DNA from: a virus
Lineage: Duplodnaviria > Caudoviricetes
Strand: one strand, 5' to 3'
Length of the DNA: 53,371 bases
Virus record (IMG/VR): IMGVR_UViG_3300020473_000702
Coordinates: 1 to 53,371 of that record
The notes below the pieces were generated by a model. It was not told where the DNA came from. It did no database searches and was given only the letters and a program-made list of their open reading frames with translations. The translations under genes and the position numbers were made by a program. Of the stretch, positions 46,360 through 53,371 are shown one piece after another (the first letter of the stretch is position 1; every line of letters starts with the position of its first letter).

Positions 46360-47232
46360 ATGGCCATAAATTTTCCAACATCACCATCAACTAATGATAC
46401 TCATACCCACAGTGGTGTTACGTATGAGTGGGATGGTACTTCATGGCTAGCACAAGGTAGCACAGCAACTTATACCTTACCAACTGCATCATCAACAGTA
46501 CTAGGTGGTATTAAAGTAGGTAATAGATTAACAATAAATTCTGGTGTATTAGAGGCAGACGTACAAGCAAGTACTTATGGTAACAGTGATGTTGATACTC
46601 ATCTTAATCAATCTAATCCTACCAGTGGATATGTTTTAAGTTGGAATGGTAGTGACTATGCATGGGTAGATAACGCAGGTTATAGTAACAGTGATGTTGA
46701 TACACATTTGAATCAATCAAACCCAACTAGCGGTCATGTTCTTAGTTGGAATGGTTCGGACTATGCATGGACAGCTCAGACTGGTACAACTTACAGTGCT
46801 GGTACTGGGTTGAGTCTTGTTGGTACTACATTTAATGTTACTAGTACATACACAAGCTCAAGGACAACTGCAGTTGCAACAACATCAAGTCTAGCTGATC
46901 AAGCATCAGGTAACTTAGACATTACTGCAGCAAAAGCTTACGCACTACTTAAGATACAAACATCACATGCAGCATGGGTAACTCTTTACACTGATACTAC
47001 TAGTAGAACTAGTGATGCTAATAGAAACATAACAACTGATCCACTACCAGGTTCAGGTGTTATTGCAGAGGTACTACTATCTGATGGTGGTGTACAAAAA
47101 ATTTCTCCTGGTTTGATAGGATACAATGATGATGCAACACCAAGTACTACAGTATATGCAAAGGTTCAGAATAGAAGTGGTAGTGCTGCTACCATAATAG
47201 TAACACTCCATTACCTTGCTCTAGAGGGTTAA
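46360..47232 (+). CDS. Short fibre/stalk protein with MAINFP N-terminus
   Basis: 290 aa; two 31-aa repeats; C-terminal domain homologous to that of 36182-39814. Confidence 0.8.
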   Translation: MAINFPTSPSTNDTHTHSGVTYEWDGTSWLAQGSTATYTLPTASSTVLGGIKVGNRLTINSGVLEADVQASTYGNSDVDTHLNQSNPTSGYVLSWNGSDYAWVDNAGYSNSDVDTHLNQSNPTSGHVLSWNGSDYAWTAQTGTTYSAGTGLSLVGTTFNVTSTYTSSRTTAVATTSSLADQASGNLDITAAKAYALLKIQTSHAAWVTLYTDTTSRTSDANRNITTDPLPGSGVIAEVLLSDGGVQKISPGLIGYNDDATPSTTVYAKVQNRSGSAATIIVTLHYLALEG

Positions 47233-47233
47233 T

Positions 47234-50200
47234 ATGGCTCAGTATATTGTAACGCTGAAGCAACGTGATCAGTTGGATGGTTTCTATGCTGATATGAAGG
47301 AAGGTGGGTATAAGCTTATTAGTAAGAGACCTATTAGTAGATGTACACATTATGATCTAACAGAGAGTCAAGCAGATACTATTGCTGGTGACTCTAGAGT
47401 TCTTGCTGTTGAGTTACATCCAGATGAAGATGATAACCTTATAATTGGACCGCATGGATATACTAACAACGAAGTAGCTGTTGCTGCTGGTGATTTTTAT
47501 AAGGGTATTACTTCAGATTCAGGTGATTATCAGTGGGGGCACTTACACTGTGCTGGTGATGATGCACAAAGAAGAAAAGGAACATGGGGTTCTGGATCAG
47601 TCACTGATACTGCTGAATGGTTTAATAATGGTAAGCATGTTGATGTAGTTATCTGTGATAACAATGCTGCTTATGATTGTCAAGAGTGGTACAGTACACA
47701 TGACCCAGCTAAGAATAGATATGTTCAGTATGATTGGTATGCTAACCACAACACAGAGGCTCTTAGTATAGATGATGATGGATACACATCAGCACCTAGT
47801 AACTATACAAAGTACTATCCTAATGCTGGTCACACAGATTATCATGGTACTCATGTAGCAGGTACTGTTGCTGGTAAGTATTATGGATGGGCTACTGAAG
47901 CAAACATCTATACCATTCAGTGTTTGAGTGGGATGGATCCTAATCCATTGCCTACTATGATCATGATGGATTATTTGAGAGCATTCCATAGATCTAAAGC
48001 TATTAATCCAGAGACAGGACATCGGAATCCTACCATTACAAATCATAGTTGGGGTTCGGGATGGGATTTAGGAGCAAATGGTTCAGGTATTTTTGATACT
48101 GGATATACTATTTCAGATATAACTGAAATAGTTTGGAGAGGAACTACATATAACTCATCTAATCCTGGTCCATCTGGTTGGACTATGAGTGGTATTCATC
48201 AGGACTTTGGTATTGGACAAGATAAGACATATATTCCCTACTACAACACAGCAATGGCTGCTGATATTGAGGATGCTGTAGAGGATGGTATAGTAGTTAT
48301 TGCTTCAGCAGGTAACTCAGATTTCTATGTTGCAACTGACTCTACAAGTCCTGATTGGAATAACATTGTCCAGTTTGATACTTCTAAAGTAAGTTTTAAC
48401 ATGTCTGCAGGCCAAGGTCGTGCCTATTATAATAGAGGATCAGCACCAGGAAATGCACCAGGTGCTATCTGTGTTGGTTCTCTTGATAAAGCTAGTGACT
48501 TCTCTAAGTCATCATTCTCATGCTATGGTGAGGCAGTAGATGTATGGGCTCCTGGTACTCATATTAATTCGGCATTTAATTCTCTAGGATATAATGATGC
48601 AAAGTATGGTGGAGATAATTATTTCTATGCTATAAGTGGAACTAGTATGGCTTCACCACAGGTGACTGGAGTTGCAGCATGTCTAGCAACAGGTAAAGAA
48701 AGGTTTACTAACAGTGATGTGAAATCTTTCCTTCAGAACTACTGTAAGGATGGTGATATGACCTTTGATAATACTTATACACCTTCAAGACATGCAGTAT
48801 ATCAACTTACTCTTACTGCAACCACAAATGGTTGGGATGTAAGTGGTCCTGATAGATATAATTCTCATGTTAATGCTATTAATCCTACGATTGAGATCTT
48901 TGAGGGTGATACAGTAGAGTTTGTTTTCAATTCACCTGAACCTCCTCTTTTTGTTACATCATCTCCTGTAACTGGGTTGACTCCTGGTTCACCACCACAA
49001 GGACAAGTCTCTTGGTTCCCACATCAAGGTACTAGTACAAGTGGAACATTCAATGCAACTCCAGGATGGCCAGGTAGTGCTGGTGATTACTACTATGCGT
49101 GTGGTGATATGGGATTATCATTTACTACATGGCCACAAGGTATTCTTAGAGTGCATCCCCCACTACACTATGATGATCCGCATATTGGTGCTGGATCTGT
49201 AAACAAATATTTGTTATCAGCAAACCCAAGACCAGTAGCAGATGGGTTTCCTAGTAGGTGGTATCAGCAACAACTTAAGGGTAGAAGAAGAGATGTAGAA
49301 GCTACCTCAAATAACCCACCCAATATGCAACTCTATCCTAGAGAGAATGTATATCATAGAGGGTTTAAAATACATCAGAGAATACTTTTAGATGAAGCTT
49401 ACTGGATAAATGATGTAACATTACCTTCTAATACTGATAGTACTAATAGTGAAAATCAGGTAAAGGATTTCGCTCTCGATTCTAATGGAAACTTTTGGAT
49501 TTGTGGAGCGAGGGATGATAATGCTGGAGCATTGAATAGTTATATTGTGAACATAACTAAGACAGGTGTATATAATGCATCAGTTGATTGTAATGCTGCT
49601 GATTCTTTAACTCCTTTTGGAATTGCAGTTGATGATAATGATGATATCTATACCTATCATGGGTATGGAAGACTTGCTAAATTTAGTCTGAGTGGTTCTT
49701 CTTTAACTCAGGATTATTGTAGAGAAAGTGAGTGGGGTGGTGGAAGTACTTTTGGTGAGGGTATGGGTGGTAGAGGATGTTTATTTGCTAATGGAACTAA
49801 CCTTACCGTGTGGGGTAATAGATCTGGTATTCATTTAGGACATACTTTTGATGGTTCTACTGGTGATGTAAGTTCTGGTGGTTACACTTATGTTAATGGT
49901 GGTAACCAAGCTTATGTTTATTTCTATGGTGCTAATAAAATAGGTGGTACAATTTATGCATGTGGACGTTCTTATGGTGGAAACACAAACGGTAGCAATG
50001 CTTTTTGGGTAGTAGCAACTGTAGGTTATGGGGTTGCAGGTTCAATGAAGTTTTATAGTGGTGTCTCTAATGCTACATGTTATGGAGTAACAAGAGATTC
50101 TGATAATAAATTTTATGTTTGTGGACAGATGGATAATGTTCCAACACTCATGAAGATTGATGCCTTTAACAATGGTGTTATAGGACAAGGAGTTGCATGG

Positions 50201-50632
50201 GGTAGAAAGTTAAACACCTCTGGTAGGTATAGTGATATTGCTGCTGATTCTCAAGGTTGTGTGTACGCAGCAACTGAAGGTGGTCAGATAGTGAAGTATA
50301 ATAGTAGTGGTACAATCATCTGGGCTAAGTCTGTTGCTAATCAGATTCAGAGAATAACAATAGTAGATGATGTAATACATGGTATTGGTACTATAGGAAA
50401 TACTTCATTTAAAGTTTTCCGATTACCTATCTCAGGTGAGGGTCTTACTGATTGGAGTATCACTGATTATAGTTTCACCTATACTAATCAAGGTGGTCTA
50501 GGTGGTCCCGCTACTCAAAGTGATTTTGGTTCTACTGCAAATAGTGCTGTTATATGGGGTAATTTTACATCTTCTGATTATACTATCAATCTTGCTTCCG
50601 AAGTATTTACTCCGTCTTTAACAAACTTATAA
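47234..50632 (+). CDS. Subtilisin-like S8 serine protease with C-terminal accessory (beta-propeller-like) domains
   Basis: Triad motifs VDVVICD, HGTHVAG, GTSMASPQV; oxyanion SAGN; I9-like N-terminal prodomain pattern; C-terminal (A/V).DS.GN..V.G repeats. Confidence 0.9.
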   Translation: MAQYIVTLKQRDQLDGFYADMKEGGYKLISKRPISRCTHYDLTESQADTIAGDSRVLAVELHPDEDDNLIIGPHGYTNNEVAVAAGDFYKGITSDSGDYQWGHLHCAGDDAQRRKGTWGSGSVTDTAEWFNNGKHVDVVICDNNAAYDCQEWYSTHDPAKNRYVQYDWYANHNTEALSIDDDGYTSAPSNYTKYYPNAGHTDYHGTHVAGTVAGKYYGWATEANIYTIQCLSGMDPNPLPTMIMMDYLRAFHRSKAINPETGHRNPTITNHSWGSGWDLGANGSGIFDTGYTISDITEIVWRGTTYNSSNPGPSGWTMSGIHQDFGIGQDKTYIPYYNTAMAADIEDAVEDGIVVIASAGNSDFYVATDSTSPDWNNIVQFDTSKVSFNMSAGQGRAYYNRGSAPGNAPGAICVGSLDKASDFSKSSFSCYGEAVDVWAPGTHINSAFNSLGYNDAKYGGDNYFYAISGTSMASPQVTGVAACLATGKERFTNSDVKSFLQNYCKDGDMTFDNTYTPSRHAVYQLTLTATTNGWDVSGPDRYNSHVNAINPTIEIFEGDTVEFVFNSPEPPLFVTSSPVTGLTPGSPPQGQVSWFPHQGTSTSGTFNATPGWPGSAGDYYYACGDMGLSFTTWPQGILRVHPPLHYDDPHIGAGSVNKYLLSANPRPVADGFPSRWYQQQLKGRRRDVEATSNNPPNMQLYPRENVYHRGFKIHQRILLDEAYWINDVTLPSNTDSTNSENQVKDFALDSNGNFWICGARDDNAGALNSYIVNITKTGVYNASVDCNAADSLTPFGIAVDDNDDIYTYHGYGRLAKFSLSGSSLTQDYCRESEWGGGSTFGEGMGGRGCLFANGTNLTVWGNRSGIHLGHTFDGSTGDVSSGGYTYVNGGNQAYVYFYGANKIGGTIYACGRSYGGNTNGSNAFWVVATVGYGVAGSMKFYSGVSNATCYGVTRDSDNKFYVCGQMDNVPTLMKIDAFNNGVIGQGVAWGRKLNTSGRYSDIAADSQGCVYAATEGGQIVKYNSSGTIIWAKSVANQIQRITIVDDVIHGIGTIGNTSFKVFRLPISGEGLTDWSITDYSFTYTNQGGLGGPATQSDFGSTANSAVIWGNFTSSDYTINLASEVFTPSLTNL

Positions 50633-50635
50633 ATA
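50628..50635 (+). promoter_or_regulatory. T4 late promoter
   Basis: Exact TATAAATA upstream of ATG 50659. Confidence 0.65.
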
Positions 50636-50658
50636 AAAAAGCCTTATGATGTGTTATA

Positions 50659-51123
50659 ATGGTAGATGAAATAAAAGAAGAGGTAGTAGAAGAGAAAGAA
50701 GAGAAGAAGAAAGGTTTATTTGCTAAGGCAAAAGACGCAATTCTTCCCGACCCCGAAGAGCAAGCAGCCATCATCAGTACAATGGTGAGAATCACAGTGC
50801 TGGCCTGGTCTGGGGGCATCTTAACTTTAAACTATGTCGCCATACCTGGCGTTCCTCAACAGAAAATAGATCCGACATTTATAGCTTCAGTTTTTACAGG
50901 AGTTTTGGCAAGCTTTGGCATCCAGACTGCTTCTAAGAAAGGTGATGGTACTATGAAAATGAACGGCAATGGTAACGGAAACGGCGGTGCTCCTCCTGTT
51001 ACTGCAAAAGATATTGAACAGATCATTGCGAAAGCAGGTCCAGTTCAAACAATAAGAGTTGAACAAGCTCCTTTAAAGATCATCTCTGCTTCAGATGATG
51101 ATAGTAAACCTTATAAATTATAG
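50659..51123 (+). CDS. Conserved cyanophage membrane protein (2 TM)
   Basis: VRITVLAWSGGILTLNY...IDPTFIASVFTGVLASFG. Confidence 0.75.
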   Translation: MVDEIKEEVVEEKEEKKKGLFAKAKDAILPDPEEQAAIISTMVRITVLAWSGGILTLNYVAIPGVPQQKIDPTFIASVFTGVLASFGIQTASKKGDGTMKMNGNGNGNGGAPPVTAKDIEQIIAKAGPVQTIRVEQAPLKIISASDDDSKPYKL

Positions 51124-51125
51124 TC

Positions 51126-51395
51126 ATGAAAATTAAATTTAATGATATTGCTAATGCAATCAGTGTTATATCAGGAGTATCCCTCGCTGGTATTATTGGT
51201 GTAGGATCCTATGTATATCTAAACAAAGATGCTATCATTGATGACATCAAAGACGCAGCAATTGAGTCTGTTGTTGGTGGTATGGGTGCTGGTGCTCTAG
51301 GTGGTGCTGGTGCTCTTGATCTAAAGTTACCTTCTGATCAAGCGTCTAATCCTACTGCTGCTTCCCCAGCTGCCCCAATTCCATTCCCTAATTAG
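51126..51395 (+). CDS. Small membrane-anchored hypothetical protein
   Basis: N-terminal hydrophobic helix, YVYLNKDAII, G/P-rich tail. Confidence 0.7.
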   Translation: MKIKFNDIANAISVISGVSLAGIIGVGSYVYLNKDAIIDDIKDAAIESVVGGMGAGALGGAGALDLKLPSDQASNPTAASPAAPIPFPN

Positions 51396-51446
51396 GGAAA
51401 AGGGAAAAAAATTTTCCAGCAAAAAATTACCCCTTAAGGTTTTCGT

Positions 51447-51704
51447 ATGGACTTCCAGAAGATAGCTTCTACTGGAACGGCTGTGACTGTTCTAGGTACT
51501 GGTGCTTTTGTCGGTGGCAATCATGTCATCGACCAGAACACTGGTGGTCCAGAGCGAAGACAGTCGGAACAGATAGAACAGATAAGGCAGGTGGTAGCAG
51601 AAGAGTTGTACCTTCAACTCAAGGATGCATTCCCGCCTAAAACTGGTGGTGTCTCTGGTAAAAAGGATGCACCACCTTTAAACTATAGACAAGAAATAAA
51701 ATGA
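51447..51704 (+). CDS. Hypothetical protein
   Basis: 85-aa ORF with hydrophobic N-terminus. Confidence 0.65.
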   Translation: MDFQKIASTGTAVTVLGTGAFVGGNHVIDQNTGGPERRQSEQIEQIRQVVAEELYLQLKDAFPPKTGGVSGKKDAPPLNYRQEIK

Positions 51705-52003
51705 GTCATCCTAATGGTTACACCAAAGAGATGATCAAAGAGATCCTTGGTACTTCATGGCCTACTATGGGTGATAGCGAAACTGGTAATGAAATGAGAA
51801 AGAGAAAGGGTAGAGAGATGAGAGAAGGTAAGAGACCTTACCCTACATACCCATCAAAGGAGTCTAGGATAGCAGATAAGTCAGGCAAGTTTGATGAGAA
51901 TGGACAATACATATACCCAGAGGGATCTGGATTTAATTATACACAGTGGTTGTTAGATCATCCAGATTCAGCCGAAGCAGCATCCAGTACAAAAGTATCA
52001 TAA
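51701..52003 (+). CDS. Hypothetical protein
   Basis: HPNGYTKEMIKEILG; stop/start overlap with previous ORF. Confidence 0.65.
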   Translation: MSHPNGYTKEMIKEILGTSWPTMGDSETGNEMRKRKGREMREGKRPYPTYPSKESRIADKSGKFDENGQYIYPEGSGFNYTQWLLDHPDSAEAASSTKVS

Positions 52004-52012
52004 GAGGATCCT

Positions 52013-52318
52013 ATGCCTGAATCAGACGCAGAATATTATAAGAAGCAAGCAGATCAAGACGCAAAGCTTGAGAAACTTATTACAAAAGAAGAGCATCTAA
52101 ATGAACAGGTCGATGACCTTGATGATAGGATGCGTAGCTTAGAGAAGCAAGTGTGGGGTGCTGGTGCAGTCCTTGCTGTTATCTTTGGTGGTATTGGTAT
52201 CATCAGTCAGATGGAAGGTGTTAACATGTTCCCAGTAGGAGAGCATGAACATGAGATTGATCGCAAGCATCTCGTAGAGTCTGAGGTGTACAATAAGATG
52301 TTTAATCAAACTAAATGA
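52013..52318 (+). CDS. Coiled-coil plus transmembrane protein
   Basis: GAGG SD; LDDRMRSLEKQVWGAGAVLAVI. Confidence 0.65.
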   Translation: MPESDAEYYKKQADQDAKLEKLITKEEHLNEQVDDLDDRMRSLEKQVWGAGAVLAVIFGGIGIISQMEGVNMFPVGEHEHEIDRKHLVESEVYNKMFNQTK

Positions 52319-53193
52319 GCATTAGAATCCCATTGATAGGGATTGGAAATCAAACTATCCCTAGAGTTACCGTTAATGGTACAGGAATACCTCTTGTGCA
52401 GCCTATTAATTCTGGTGTTAGATCTATTAATACTATTCAGATAGCAGATAACCGTGTCTGGATGCAAGACCCACCTCAAGCAATACCAATAGCGGTTCCA
52501 GTAACAGTTAATGCTGGTACACCTATCGTTAATATGCCTGGTTGTGTAACAGTACACAAAGAGAATGCTAAGAGAGATCCATCTAGAAATAAGAATCTAG
52601 TTAATGATGATCCTAAAGGACAGACCACCTTGTGTGATGCTGGTATGCCTTCATACTTACCAGCAGAATATGATTATAGAGAATTAAGTTGGCAGACAGT
52701 CTATCAGGATCAAGAAGAGGTTGATGAAGGTGTTGAGGCACAAGAACAAGAACCTATAGATGCACCTGCACCACCTCCACCACCCCCTGCAGGTGGTGAG
52801 ACTGCTGAAGAGGTAGAATGTCCTCCATTAAATGCAAGACGCATTGGAGACCTGAATCAAGCAGGTACAGAGAAGATCAAAGAATATAAACTGACAGTTG
52901 ATGGTAAGAGATGTGAAACCATATGGGAACCTGTTCCAGTAATAGAGCAATATCTACCATCTGTTGCTACTGTTAGTACTACTGCGACAATTGCTACTGT
53001 GGCGACAGCGAGTGCCCTATTTGCCAAACCCCTAGCAGATCTGCTCCTGAAGGTTGTGAAACCTGTCGTGAAGAAAGCGATTGCGAAAGTTCAGAAGATG
53101 CTTGGGAAGAATCCACGCCGTCCGACCCTTCAGGAGATACGGACTGATCAGTATCGAGAGAAGAAGGGTTTACTTCCGATGAAGAAGAAGTAG
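52315..53193 (+). CDS. Conserved cyanophage hypothetical protein (Pro-rich, C-terminal hydrophobic helix)
   Basis: PIVNMPGCV..H...LV.DDPKG....CDAGMPSY; AKPLADLLLKVVKP. Confidence 0.75.
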   Translation: MSIRIPLIGIGNQTIPRVTVNGTGIPLVQPINSGVRSINTIQIADNRVWMQDPPQAIPIAVPVTVNAGTPIVNMPGCVTVHKENAKRDPSRNKNLVNDDPKGQTTLCDAGMPSYLPAEYDYRELSWQTVYQDQEEVDEGVEAQEQEPIDAPAPPPPPPAGGETAEEVECPPLNARRIGDLNQAGTEKIKEYKLTVDGKRCETIWEPVPVIEQYLPSVATVSTTATIATVATASALFAKPLADLLLKVVKPVVKKAIAKVQKMLGKNPRRPTLQEIRTDQYREKKGLLPMKKK

Positions 53194-53371
53194 AAGGGTC
53201 ATTGAATGTAGGTTGTGGGAAGTCATGGGTGTGAGGTTTGATAGTACCACCTGGATTTGTTACCACAACGTCAGCACATACAGATGCATAAGGTGACTTA
53301 GGATGGAACATGATGCCCTGCTTCAGGAGCTCACCACAATTTTTTAGTCTTGCGATCTCAAAATCTAACCG
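52994..53371 (-). CDS. 3' part of a conserved cyanophage hypothetical protein (truncated by window)
   Basis: Minus frame is open from the window end: RLDFEIARLKNCGELLKQGIMFHPKSPYASVCADVVV. Confidence 0.7.
   Translation of the reverse strand, partial: RLDFEIARLKNCGELLKQGIMFHPKSPYASVCADVVVTNPGGTIKPHTHDFPQPTFNDPSTSSSSEVNPSSLDTDQSVSPEGSDGVDSSQASSELSQSLSSRQVSQPSGADLLGVWQIGHSLSPQ

Larger units (their letters stand above)
42787..46782 (+). repeat. Dispersed 93-nt coding repeat, 7 copies in two genes
   Basis: Copies at 42787-42879, 43039-43131, 43606-43698, 43726-43818 (degenerate), 44248-44340, 46585-46677, 46690-46782. Confidence 0.85.

Noticed and set aside
26455-50632. Diversity-generating retroelement, invertible cassette or CRISPR array in the repeat-rich island
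   Set aside because: No reverse transcriptase or recombinase gene is present; the repeats are direct, in-frame and coding, with no adenine-specific variation or spacer periodicity noticed
2020-50819. Numerous minus-strand and off-frame ORFs of 60-160 aa
   Set aside because: They are shadows of long + strand genes caused by codon bias, with no motifs or expression signals

Overview
This is a 53-kb segment of a T4-like marine cyanomyovirus (Kyanoviridae-type). A Prochlorococcus host is suggested by pebS and the AT-rich composition. Almost all genes are on the + strand. About 0.1-8.8 kb is the replication module (purN, gp62, regA, hsp20, gp43, uvsX, gp41, mazG). About 8.8-16 kb is a late-promoter-driven block of poorly characterised genes. 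It holds a PD-(D/E)xK-like protein, an RNA-ligase-fold protein, a HIGH nucleotidyltransferase, a probable -1 frameshifted gene, a lipase and an Ig-domain protein. About 16-26.4 kb carries primase, nrdAB, an orphan DNA methyltransferase, a GIY-YIG protein, auxiliary metabolic genes (2OG-Fe(II) oxygenase, talC, glutaredoxin, pebS) and a structured ~115-nt RNA candidate. About 26.4-50.6 kb is a 24-kb fibre/appendage island ending in a subtilisin. The window ends in small hypothetical genes and a truncated minus-strand gene. Four observations stand out. (1) The fibre island has an apparent plug-and-socket architecture: three GDLWW modules match three MAINFP N-termini, each stalk is followed by its own payload, and one payload is a protease. 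(2) A canonical A_AAA_AAG slippery site with a downstream stem-loop lies at 12994-13046. (3) A nuclease-like, ligase-like and nucleotidyltransferase gene trio sits behind a hairpin-gated late promoter. (4) A promoter-preceded multi-stem RNA lies at 25051-25165. All calls come from motif recognition by eye; no database searches were run.
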